Below are positions 51,701 through 63,763 of a DNA stretch of 64,000 bases, one piece after another. Source of the stretch: Octopus sinensis (lineage: Eukaryota); assembly GCF_006345805.1 (NCBI RefSeq), contig NC_043010.1, positions 56,668,001 to 56,732,000 of the forward strand, read 5' to 3'. The translations under genes and the position numbers were made by a program. A model generated the notes under the pieces. That model worked only from the letters and a program-made list of their open reading frames with translations, was not told the origin of the DNA and searched no databases. Each line of letters opens with the position of its first letter. Positions within the stretch are counted from its first letter, which is position 1.

Positions 51701-53545
51701 TGTTGTGGAGTGAACTGACACCCCACATATGGCTATCAGTGGACTGGATGAGTCTTACAAACAGAATGAGCCAGTACACAGTTGAGGTCAAACTGTGAGA
51801 GTGTTAGTCTCGTTATTAATTCTGCGTTGGAGAATTGCATTGTTATTGCGTGAACGGTTATAATAAGATAGCAAACTCTTGTTACATTGCATATTGTTAT
51901 ATGGTTATATTTGGTACTATGAGATATTTTTACAGACACGCATATCATATATTGTCACTGCTGATATAACAGTTGGTGACGAGCAGTGTTCGAGACTCAC
52001 TTGAATTATTGTGAATTGTATAGTTTTTTGTTTATGAGAACAAAAAAATTCATCTTGTTGTTTATCATGGAAGAATTACTATCAGCCGAGATAGAGTTGC
52101 AAAAACAGCAACATGAGGTTTTACAAGTTCTCCTCAAGGAAATGAAAAATGCTACAAATGCATTTACACTAGATTCATTGGCAAGCTCCATCAACGAATT
52201 TAGATATAATCTGGAAGAAGGTGTCACATTTGCCACTTTTTATAGTCGATTTGAAGAAATATTCAAGAATGAATGTTGAGACTGGGAAGCAGACCAGCAT
52301 ACTAGACTTTTGCTAAGAAAATTAGCACCAGTGGAACATGGAAAGTCTATTAATTATATACTACTCCCAAAATAACCATTTGGAGAATTACAATTTGAAT
52401 ACAAAACATTTTAGTGGAAAATGATCTTTGTTCAATATGAGGTGGTTATGGTTAAATTTGACGAAAAACATAGAGGATGACTTCATAACGTATGATGGAA
52501 TAGCAAACCGTGAGAGTGAAAAGTTCAAATTAAAGGAAGCAGCACAACAGGATTCGGAAATTTGCACAAGGATATTGACTAAGCTAGAACAAAACCAGGA
52601 TATTATGCTTCAGCAGATATCATAAGACTGCCAACAGATAATAAATCTTAAACATGACAATGGGAGAATACAGGAATGTGATGTATCAAACATACAGGCT
52701 ATAAGGCCAAAAAAAAAACCATTAGAAAGTGCAAAGTGGATCTGTGCATGAGACGTGATTAAATACAAGACTGGTATAACTGTCCATTCAAAAAACTTAA
52801 ATGTTTCAGGTGTGATTTTCAAAGTCACCAAAGTTATCATTGTTGCACAAAAATAGGAAAAGAATTCAAAAATGATGCATACAGAAAACAATAAAAATGT
52901 ATACAGTGTATCTGAACATGATAAGGATAATGAAATAGCTTAATAGTGGGGGCAATATAACTCTATTAAATGACGAAACAAGGAGTGCATTAGGTGAGCC
53001 AGTATTAAGTAAAACTACAAAAGCTGTGAGAAGTTTTTTGGGAAAAAAAGGGAATTCAATTGCAATGTGACTTTCCGAGGTAGGACAATAAAAGCAACGG
53101 CTTATGTGCTAAATAATACCAATAATCTATTTGGAATGAATTGGATTGAATTAACCACTGTTGCAAAAATGTAATAGGTAATAGCACAAGTTCTAACACC
53201 AACTTGGACAAAGTGCAAAAAGAATTAAAGAAAGTATTCCCAGACTTGTTTTCAGATGAACTAGGTGCATGTTTGAAAGCAAAAGCAAGATTTGAGATAA
53301 AAGAGAATGCAGTACCAATTTTTAAACCAAAGAGAAATGTGCCATGTGCAGCATTAGAACAGATTAATTTAAGAGAGACTAGAAAAAATTGGAGTTACCT
53401 GAAAAGTGGAATACTCTGAATGGGTGTCACCAACTGTGTACGTTAAGAAAAAGAATAATAAAATCAGAGTGTGTGCTGATTTTTCCCCTGGTTTAAATGA
53501 ATGTCTTAAAAGATTCAACTATCCACTACCTAATCTGGAGAACAT
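51701..53545 (+). mobile_element. Ty3/gypsy (K02A2.6/Mag-like) LTR retrotransposon remnant
   Basis: TG...CA LTR at 51701-51971 and PBS TGGTGACGAG at 51974-51983. Gag EFRYNLEEGVTFATFYSRFEEIF..LLLRKL. RT LFSDELG..PIFKPKRNVP..WVSPTV..IRVCADFS..YPLP. Confidence 0.85.
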
Positions 53546-55510
53546 CATTGTCATCATCATCATCGTTTAACATCTGTTTTCCATGCTAGCATGGGTTGGA
53601 TGGTTCGACCGGGATCTGGGAAGCCAGGAGATTGCACGAGGCTCCAATCTGATCTGGCAGTGTTTCTACAGCTGGATGCCCTTCCTAACGCCAACCACTC
53701 CGTGAGTGTAGTGGCTACTTTTTATGTGCCATCAGCACGGACCAGAGGAGGCTGACAACGGCCACGATTGGTTGGTGCTTTTAACATGCCACCTGCATAG
53801 AAGCCAGACTAGGCGGTACTGGCATTGGCCACGTTCGGATGGTGCTTTTTACGTGCCACCTGCATAGAAGCCAGGCTAGGCGGCACTGGCATTGGCCACG
53901 TTCGGATGGTGCTTTTTACGTGCCACCTGCATAGAAGCCAGGCTAGGCGGTACTGGCATTGGCCACGTTCGGATGGTGCTTTTTACGTGCCACCTGCATA
54001 GAAGCCAGGCTAGGCGGCACTGGCATTGGCCACGTTCGGATGGTGCTTTTTACGTGCCACCTGCATAGAAGCCAGGCTAGGCGGCACTGGCATTGGCCAC
54101 GTTCGGATGGTGCTTTTTACGTGCCACCTGCATAGAAGCCAGGCTAGGCGGCACTGGCATTGGCCACGTTCGGATGGTGCTTTTTACGTGCCATCGCCAC
54201 AGGTATCGCAACTACAATTTCCATTTGACTTTTATTTTCATGTTGATGTTGATGTATTTGACTCAATAGGTCTCCTCAAGCACAGCAGGTCACCCTACGA
54301 TCCAAGGTAAGCACAGCAGGTCGTCCTACGATCCAAGGTACTTTTGAATGAGGTGGGGCTGGTTATGTGAAACTGGTATAGGATACGCCGTGGACTCACT
54401 TTATTTGCCGGGTCTTAGCAGTCACAGCATATCTCCAGAGGTCTCGGTCTTTTGTCATTGTCTCTGTGAGGCTCAACGTTCAGAGGTCATGCTTGACCAC
54501 CTCATCCCATGTCTTCCTGGGTTTACCTCTACCCTGGATTCCTTCAACTGTTTGGGAGTGGCAATTCTTCACGTATTGCTCCTCATCCATCTGTAGTACA
54601 TGACCATACCAGTGCAAACATTTCTCTTGCACGCCACATCCGATGCTTCTTATGTCCAACATTTCTCTCAGGGTGCTTATACTCTGTCATGTGTGCACAC
54701 TGACATTACACGTCCAGCGGATCATACTAGCTTCATTTCTTTTGAGCCTACGGATGTCCTCCGCAGTCATGGCCCATGTATCACTACCGTGAAGCATGGC
54801 AGTTCACACACATGCATCGTACAATCTACCTTTCACTCTGAGTGAGAGACCCTTTGTAACGAGTAGGGTAGAAGCTTTCTAAACTGTGCCCAGGCTATTC
54901 TTATTCTAGTGGTAACACTCTCTGAGCATTCATCCCCACTACTAACTTGGTCACCTAGGTAGTGGAAGCTATCAACTATTTCAAGTTTCTTCCCCTGGAG
55001 TGTGATGAAATCTGTTTTCTGAGTATCTGTGGTGTCTATTGCCCCTGTGCATCTGCTGCACACGAAAGCTATCTTCTCGGTTAATCTTCTTTGATGTTGC
55101 TGCACCTCTTGTATCCATAGCTTATACTGGGTACATCTTATGAAGTTTCTACCTATACCTTTTCTACAGATCGAGCAGGGCCACCTACCTGAGGGGGTGT
55201 GTGATGAGTTTGCCTTCCTACTTACTAGAACTTTGGTCTTTGCTACATTGACTCTAAGGCCTTTTGATTCTAAACCTTGTTTCCACACCCCAAATTTCTT
55301 TTCTTGTTCTGGTAGTGATTCTGCTATGAGGGCCAGGTCATCAGCATAGAGGAGCTCCCAGGGGCAACCTATCTTGAATTCCTCTGTTATTGCTTGGAGA
55401 ACTATGATGAATAAAAGGAGACTGAAAGTTGAACCTTGGTGGACCTGTACTTCTACCTGGAATTCTTCACTATACTCATTGCCAATCCTAACCTTACTAA
55501 CAGCCTCTCT
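53546..55510 (-). mobile_element. Relatively young RTE-clade LINE, 5'-truncated
   Basis: Minus-strand ORF 54833-55540 with QGS, PWELLYADDL and VNVAKTK; RGKPRKTW. Family 3'UTR and (GAT)n tail at ~53548-53565. Confidence 0.92.
53761..54193. repeat. 67-bp tandem repeat (~6.4 units) inside the RTE 3'UTR
   Basis: ACGTGCC/ACATGCC recurs at 53784, 53851, 53918, 53985, 54052, 54119 and 54186. Confidence 0.97.
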
Positions 55511-56569
55511 GTATATATAGCTGTTATTTAGCTGGCCCAATTAATACTCTTCAAGATGTTGGGTAATAAGCTCCCACTTGTGTTGATAACAGTTACTCTC
55601 TTCATATGATGAGTAAGCTGTATAAAACAGTAAAGTGATAAAATATAGACAATGGGGGTAGATAATCTATAGAAACTGGAGCAGAATTCTAGTTGAATAT
55701 TATGATGTGTGAAGTAAACAAAGACATACATGTTCGGTTTTGATTATGATGTGGTTGGTAGAAATAGTGTTACTTATTGTCCTAGGTCTTAATTAGAAAA
55801 ACAGTAGTAGTAGTAATAGTCGTAGTAGAGCCTGTCGTCTCATCAGGTAAGAAAAATGGATAATAAACCAGTTATGTAATGTATTAGGTGAGCATAACTA
55901 TATATGTCAAAATGAATACTGTTTTATAAATGTTTTTTAAATAGCCAAATAAATACACCAACGAAATATAGTATAAAGACAAAACAAAGTTGCACTCAAA
56001 TTATATGGTATTTAATTGGAGACCAGAATAATTACTGTTAATTTTTCAAATAATTTATTATATTTTATTACTTGAGTTGATACATGGAAATAATTTCTGA
56101 ATTCATTAGGTTTGATTGAATAATTAATCTAAAAGTATTCTATCTATTGAATATGTTCAACTATCTTTCCTTGCTGGGTTTTCATTTTAACAGTTTCATT
56201 TAAAAAAAAAATGATTAAGGTTTTACTTTAGTGTAAAATATAGATCAGGCGAGCTAAGATGAATGAATAACTATAATATTTATCTAATCTTGCAATCAGT
56301 TTAGCTACTTGATTGGTTACTTCACAATGTCTTTCTTATATAGGAAACTATTTTGAACATGAGTATATTGTTGCTATTCATTAATTCTTATTTACCAATT
56401 TTGGAAGATTGAGAATGAAATTTAATCATAAAGAGAATGAATTTGAGATATGAAACAACAAACTGGAATCTAGTGCAAATATCTGTAGTTTAAGCCAATA
56501 CCAAACCTTCTCAGCTAATGTTGACTGTCTTAGTTGATTAGCTCAACCTATTGAAGAACGTGAGTGAAG

Positions 56570-56830
56570 GTGTGTGGTTTAGTGTCCAGTGTATTTGGCT
56601 CACAGTTGTGAGTTCAATTCCTGGAGGAGATTTCATGTTGCTCCAGTCCGCTCAGCTGGCAAAATTGAATTGTGTTTGTAATTCAAAGGGTCAAGCTTGC
56701 CATGCTTTATGTCACGCTGAATCTCCCTTCAGATGCATGTCTGTGGGGTGCTCAACCGCTTCCACATTAATTTCATGAGCTGGCTGTTCTGTTGATCAGA
56801 TCAAGTGGAATCCTTGTTGTTGTAATTGAT
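56570..56830 (+). mobile_element. Decayed tRNA-derived SINE
   Basis: GTGTGGTTTAGTG A-box-like, GAGTTCAATTCC B-box, TTGCTCCAGTCCGCTCAGCTGG. Confidence 0.55.
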
Positions 56831-58449
56831 GGAGTGCCAGTTAACTGAAGAATGTTGGATGTTATGTCTACATATATTAGATATGTGTAAAACATTATAT
56901 AAAATTATGATAATGTTTTGTGGCAGAAAGGAGGTTTTGAAATGATTGCAAGGGTAATCATCATTGGTAATATAATTTAACAAATTAACTTTCTATGACA
57001 GGACTGTAACAAAATTGTAGCATGATTTTAATCAAGAAACAATTTCATTGAAATTTCTAAAGTAGAATTTACATATGAGAAAATTGTGTGAGATTTATTT
57101 TGAACAATTTTGATATCTCATCTGAACCTTATAGATTCAATTTGATATGGAAGATTCATTAGTGACTCCTTTCACTACACTCTAACAATGATCCCTTCTA
57201 CTAAATATCATAGAGGTAATATTATTGCGATTTTTATATCAGAATGACATCCACATTATATATATGCTTCCATTATCTTGGGGTTTTACTTTTTTTTATT
57301 GTTTTTCTGCTCTAAAAGTCTTCCTTCCAACTTTATTCCAAAATGACAATGTTATTGACAGACAACAGTAATAATAACAATGTCTTTTATTATCTCATTT
57401 TTTTATGACTTGGGTCTAATTGTGATTTAAGTCTGCTTTAACTTTTGAGCATTGAAACAGGCCGTATCAGGCCCAAATAATCTACCTTGTTTTACATTGA
57501 AGCTGGCTAGATACAGCCTCTCACATCTACAATGTCATTCTAAAAATAAGCAATTTCTTCATCAAAATCTCGAAACTACAAGATCATGCATGATTAATTC
57601 AAAACAATGTGAATTAATAAGCATTACATTTAACAGGGTAATCTGAATACTAAAGAGTTAAATACCTTAGTCCAGCTCTCCGTGAGGCATCTTGACTAAT
57701 AGAGACTTGTGAATTGTTGTGAATTGTAAATGTTGTAAAATGGTTTCCTAGAGGAATCTTCTTTTGTTCTGCTTGGTCATAGAAAATATATTTCAGTAAA
57801 TTGATAAACAATTTTCTGGATATTAAAAGATGCTTGTGAAAATTTCAATTAATACTGATAGTGTCGATTTGGATAGGTAGTGTCTCTCTAGTAAAAGATA
57901 GTGTCTATTTGGATAGAGAGGAGGACATTTGGGTGTTATGGAAAGAAATACTGGTGAAAGTTTTGTAACTGGTGTAGGACTGTGCTTTGGTAGCAGATAT
58001 AAGAGCAAAGTAGAAAGAATGGGAAAAAAGTGAGTGGCAATGGGCATTGCAAGGCAGATAGAATGAAAGTCAGATGACAAGTTTACTGAGATCTGAAAGA
58101 AACTAAGAGCTGGTGAAATTCTCAGAATGACAGGCATGAAGTTTTCCACAAGGCAGAGCAGTGTGTTTATAATGGACTAAGAATGACATTAAGTAGAAGT
58201 TTGTTTGAAATGACACAAGTGTTATTGTCTTCAGTGGGAGTGGAAAGAGATATGGAAATATGATTGAAACAGTGACAAATATCAAATGAGAATTATTAAA
58301 AGCATGGAGGTAGAGGAAACTGCAAATGTATCACAGATAGTTGAATCAAACAAAACAGGTGTTATCTTTAATGGTCGATTTAGTAGCTCCATTGTTAATT
58401 ATACCTGTAAGGAAACTGAGAAGCAGTGGAAGATACTTCTTCCATAGTA

Positions 58450-58870
58450 AGTAGTGACACTTCACTAAGCTGAAATGAGGCCCACACTGGAGTGTTGCTC
58501 TCACATCTAGAATGGTGTTGTTGCTACAGACACAGACACATCCTGTACCACATCAAGAAAAGGGCCATCAGAGCGAGTGGCATAAAGTCATTCACAGACA
58601 TGCTCTGACTTCTGGCCTTCAGGTGTGCAATCTTTTATCTAAAGATGCTTAGGGATTCCCGACCCACTTGTCTTTTCTCCTCTTACCATTCTTGTTGTGT
58701 CCAACCTTCTCAGGTCCACCACTAATTAGTACACCTTGTAGACTTTCTTCCCAGAATATTTAGCCTCTCGAATTCCCTCCCTTCTCATACCTTTCTTGTT
58801 CAAGAAGATCATTAATAGCATCAATCTCATTGGTCTTGAAGGGTTTTCAAAGGCTGTGGACACCACCTTC
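58450..58870 (+). mobile_element. Jockey/CR1-like LINE C-terminal remnant
   Basis: RPTLECCSHI..IKKRAIR resembles RPxLEYxSxVW..IQKRAxR. Confidence 0.5.
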
Positions 58871-59393
58871 CTCCAGACTCAGCAAGTAAATAAGTAAAAA
58901 AAAAAAATCCTGGTATATAGCATTTGTATGGAAAAAAAATGAATAGAATTAAAATAAGAACCTGTTATTAATTTTTTTCAAACCTCTTTTACATGACTGG
59001 TCCAGGAAACTTTTCATGTTCTTCTGTACTGTGAAATTATCTGTCAAAAGAATAGAAAAAAGATTGTTACTAAATATTCTGGAAGATAAGAAATAGAGTT
59101 GTAAATCTCAATATTTCACTGCTTCATTCTTTATAAGAAAATATCACCCATATCCCCAATACTACCATTTTCTATTTGGATGTATTCTAATATTTCAGAA
59201 GTTCTAGAGAAAGACAAGTCAGCTCTAGTTATATCTCGTTTCAATAGTTAATGTAATTCACTTCTGCAGAATTCTTTAAGTAGGTGTCTGATTATCTTAT
59301 TTAATTATCTACGTCAGAGTCTATTCTTTTCTTTCTACATGTATTGTAATAATCATTACATATCCACATTTCTTCTTGATCAACATCCTAAAC

Positions 59394-59553
59394 TAGCGAT
59401 TCTCAATCTTTTTAATATCTGGACCAGATCCAAAACTTGGATTTTTTTAGGGGACCACACTAAAAAAGTAAAATACAAATCAATTAAAGAAAAAATTATA
59501 TTTATAGAGGGAAAACTGTCGGGGGCTGCTGGTGGGATGCTTGAGAACTACTG
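59394..59553. mobile_element. hAT-Charlie/MER5-like MITE (160 bp)
   Basis: TIRs TAGCGATTCTCAA / TTGAGAACTACTG (CAGTGGTTCTCAA-like). Imperfect 8-bp flanks TCCTAAAC / GTGTAAAC. Confidence 0.5.
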
Positions 59554-60379
59554 GTGTAAACTCTATCATTAATTTATTTTCTTTTCATTACTAAAATATT
59601 TTAATTGTAAATTAGAGGCAACAGTGACGGAACCTTTGACAGCTTTTTACAGCAATGGATATTTTTAGAGTACGACCTTAACAACAATTCACCTTTTATG
59701 GCATACTGTAGTTTTCATTAGTCCCTTCCTGAATTTAAATCAAATACATTCATACAATGATTTCTTACCATACGTACAAGACAGTGGTGGTCTCTGTTCC
59801 ATGAAAGCAAAAATCAATGTCGATAATATTCACTACTCAGGAACCTGCTTCACATTACTTAACTTTACAAATGCACAAAGTTGTTGCCTATCTCAGAATC
59901 TTTTTATTGAGACATTGTCTTTATTTTTCCAGTACCTTAGTGTATACAGCTGCTAAAGGAAAACATAAAATCATGTCTTAAACATCTGCTGGATACAAAA
60001 TCTTGAATGTTTGAATTCATGTTTGAGTAACCAAGTAGGATTCCCTGATGTAGATTCTCTTGGAAAATATAGTTAAAATTCATTTAGATTTCTTTGTTTT
60101 TAATTGTTTCATTCTAGAATCTCAAAGACATCATGTTAAGTTTTTATTTTCAGTTAAGATACAATACTGATACTAATTAATATAAGACAAAATATTAGGT
60201 ATATACATTATTAGAATGACCACAGGAAGAACTATTGAGGATGAGGAATTTGGGGTATTGTATCTTCATTTTTTAACCTTTTACTAATTTTGGGTTTTGA
60301 AGAGTGTAGAACACCTCTTAGACACTGTTGTTCTCAAGCTTGCTCAGAATCGTAGTGTTTGTCAGAGTCCCAGCTACAA

Positions 60380-60920
60380 GTTAATCAACAAGTCAGTTAG
60401 ACAGATGGAGCTTGTTAGCCAGGGCAGGGAAGCTGTCTAGGGAAAAGAAAACTCTGATTTGAAACCTCTGCTGCTTTGTGACCATACCTAGCTGTAGGAA
60501 AGGTTTTGGGAGTAAACCTTGAGGAAAAATTTGGAGTCAGAGCCCTGAGGCAGTTTGATGTCATCTACAACCTTTTTCTGGTAACTCCTGTTGTGCAACA
60601 ATGCTGGTGCCAAATTTCAACAATCATGCCGTTCCTTTGGCTCCATCAGTGTTGTGGAGAGTGGTGACACAACAATCTGTCATTCACACTATGCTGCCCA
60701 GGCTTGAGTGCTATGGAAACCCTATGCTAGGGAAATTGATGAATGCAGTGGAAGAAAGGTGAATGCACAGAAAAGAATGCTACAACTCAAACAGTACTGG
60801 AACAGCCCACAAGTGCAGCTTGTGTGGCAGAGACTGCCATTTGTGCGTTGGACTGTTCAGCCACAGACAATGATGTTCCAGTGGGGGTGGACAACTAAGA
60901 CCTTCATCCATGGTCATTAA
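60380..60920 (+). mobile_element. Probable RTE 5'UTR remnant
   Basis: GAAAACTCTGATTTGAAACCTCTGCTGC...GGAAAGG..TTGGGAGTAAACC..GAGGAAAAAT..GGAG resembles RTE 5'UTRs (recalled, unverified). Confidence 0.4.
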
Positions 60921-60984
60921 TGACAGAGGTTGAAGCCCAGAATATCTTTGGGTTTTTACTTGTATCTCAGTGATGTATGATAAA

Positions 60985-61200
60985 ATTCATTATCATCATT
61001 TAACATCCATGTTTCATGCTGGAATAGGCTGGATGGTTTGACAGGATTTGCCTGTTCCAGGGCTGCGTCATGTACCTATGTCTGCTTTGGCATTGTTTCT
61101 ATGGCTGGATGCTCTTCTGATCACCAACCACTTCACAACGTGGACTGGGTGCTTATTATGTGTCACTTGCACTACTGAGGTTGCCATGCAGTTCATGGGA
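60985..61200 (-). mobile_element. RTE 3'-end fragment
   Basis: ATCATCATTTAACATCC..CATGCTGG...GGCTGGATGCTCTTCTGATCACCAACC. Confidence 0.75.
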
Positions 61201-61689
61201 CTGTGGACCCTGGGGGATGTGGGGCTCATGCTAGGGAACGAAGCAGTTACTGTGAAAAGTGGGTGTTGGGCAGAGAAGGTTCTTGTAGAAGGGCCTGCAT
61301 GGCTATTCACATCTAGTAGGATAGAGGATGAGGGAAAAAGAGAAACGCTTATACTGATGTTTTTGATTATTTGATTCCAAATCACTCACTGATTAGGTTG
61401 AAAGTAAGGAACTTTGGATAGAACTTAAAATTATTTTATATTTGGTGCTTCAAAGCAGGAGTAAGTTCTCTTATATACAGTTGTTTCTGTTTTTCAAACT
61501 AATATTAAACTTAGTGCTCACTGTAAGAAATAATAATGCCCATTACTGTACTGGATGTCATAGAAAGATGCACTGTAATTTTCTATATTTATGAATACAT
61601 TATTATTCAATGTATCCTTTATTAAAATGGTAGGCTGTGATTTTAGGGAGATTTTGCTTGTATTTCTAGCAAGTTGAGCAACATATACA

Positions 61690-63350
61690 TATTTCTTTTG
61701 TTAACTTGGAGAAAACCTTTGACAGTGTCCACTGATCCCTTATCTGGTGGTCAGTGTGGAAACTAGGGATAGATGAGTGGTTAGTGGGAGCTGTACAAGC
61801 CATGTACAGCGACTGCTACAAGGTGAGGGTTGGCAACGAGTACAGCAAAGAATTCAGGGTACAAGTAGGGGTTCACCAAGGATTGGTACTTATCCCCCTC
61901 CTGTTCATCCTAGTCCTCCAGGCAATAACAGAGGAATTCAAGACAGGCTGCCATTGGGAGCTCCTCTATGCCAATGACCTTGTTCTTATAGCTTAATCAC
62001 TACCTGAACTAGAGGAGAAGTTCCATGTATGGAAGCAAGGTCTAGAATCAAAGGGCCTTAGAGTTAACCTTGCAAAAACCAAAGTCTTAGTAAGTAGGAA
62101 GGCAGAAAAATCGGTAGATGGCCCTGCTCGATCTGTAGAAACTCTATAAGATGTACCCAGTGTAAGCTTTGGACACACAAAAGGTGCAGCAACATCAAAA
62201 GATGGTTAACAGGAAAACTAACTTTTGTATGTGGAAGGTGCATGGGTACAATAAAAGCTGAAAATGCACAGAAAATAAAATCCATCAACTGGCAGAGGTG
62301 CAAGCCAGAGGTAGTAGATAGCTTTCAGTATCTAGGTGACCAGTTTAATAGTGGAGGTGGATGCTCTGAGAGCGTAGCCGTGAGAATAAGATTAAGCTGG
62401 GCAAAGTTCAGAAAGCTCCTACCCCTGCTGGCAACAAAGGGCCTCTCTCTCAGAGTGAAAGGTAGATTGTTTGATGCCTGTGTGCAAATAGCTATGCTGC
62501 ATGGCAGTAAAACATGGGCTATAACAGCCGAGGACATGCACAGGCTTGAGAGAAATGAAGCCAGTATGCTTCGCTGGATGTGCAATGTCAGTGTGCATGT
62601 TTGACAAAGTGTAAGCATCTTGAGAGAAAAGTTAGGCATAAGAGGCATCATATGTGGTGTGCAAGAGAGACGACTGCGCTGGTATGGACATATGATGTGT
62701 ATGGACAAGGACAGCTGTGTAAAGAATTGCTGATTTCTAACTGTGGAAGAATCTGTGGTAGAGGTAGACCCAGGAAGACATGGGATGAAGTGGTGAAGCA
62801 TGATCTTCGAACTTTGAACTTCACAGAAGCAATGACTAGTGACTGAGAACTTTGGGGATGTGCTTGAGAGGACCCATCAGGCCAAATGCATCCATGTTGG
62901 TGGCACATAAAGTATCAACTTCTGAAATTGGGCCTCATGAAGGCAAAATGGCTGAGTTCCTTTTGAGTATTAGGCTTCATGGAGGCAAAGTGGTTGAGTT
63001 CCCTTCTTGTGTAGGACCTCATGGAGGCAAGGTGGCTGAGAAGAAGACCTATCAAACCTAGCAAAATTGCAGTCATAGCAAATACTAGTATCACACAAAT
63101 TGGCACCCATGCTGGTGGCATGTAAACGCACCCCGGCATCATACAAATGTCACCTGTTCCAGTGGCACGTAAAAGTGCCCATTACACTCTCGGAGTGGTG
63201 TGCATTAGGAGGAGCATCCAGCCATAGAAAACCATGTCAAATCAGATTGGAGTCTGGTGCAGCCTTCCAGCGTGCCAGCCCAATCAAACCTTCCAACCCA
63301 TTCCAGCATGGACAACAGACCTTAAATGATGATGATGATGATGATAATGA
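61690..63350 (+). mobile_element. 5'-truncated RTE-clade LINE
   Basis: LEKTFD, VGVHQGL, WELLYANDL, VNLAKTK, YLGDQ, HGSKTW, RGRPRKTW. Family 3'UTR and (GAT)n tail. Confidence 0.9.
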
Positions 63351-63763
63351 TTTAAATGTAATTTGTACTGTACTTTTTCTTGGAGAGCATCCAAAAAGAA
63401 ACATTTTGATACCTCATTTGTGAAATTTGGATGAATATTTTAGGAGATATGACAATTTGAATGGTTAGTGAATCAGTCAAAATCTTGCTTAATTAGCCTA
63501 AATGAATAATTAGCCACATTTGTGATGTCATATTTTTGAAACTGAGGTGATAATCATCTTCAAACTACACAAACTAATAGTAACCATGGTATAGCATTTA
63601 CCTATTTTTATCAGGTTTTCGAAAGAAAACAGTTTTTGGCAATTTTTAAAATATTTATGTAAAGCTTATTTTGTTACATTACAAACAGTCAATTTTGCAG
63701 TGTTTTCAGACCTAGTTAAATCCCAAACCACAAGGACTTGAGTTTTGGCATTTGTAGTAGCTA

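Noticed and set aside
53761-54193. CRISPR-like array
   Set aside because: The units are contiguous and near-identical with no unique spacers, there are no cas genes, and the array sits in a LINE UTR.
55786-55846. Plus-strand exon with good splice sites
   Set aside because: The only open frame is a low-complexity (GTA)n-derived Val run; it could be a UTR exon but is unsupported.
58405-58469. Minus-strand exon LSEVSLLTMEEVSSTASQFPY with a good Kozak context
   Set aside because: The acceptor overlaps LINE-derived sequence, the CAG|GT site is ambiguous between donor and acceptor, and there is no homology.
59769-59952. Minus-strand exon with strong splice sites (tttcctttag ... TATG|gtaaga)
   Set aside because: All three frames contain stops; at most a UTR exon with a short MEQRPPLSCTY start. 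It cannot be supported without transcripts.
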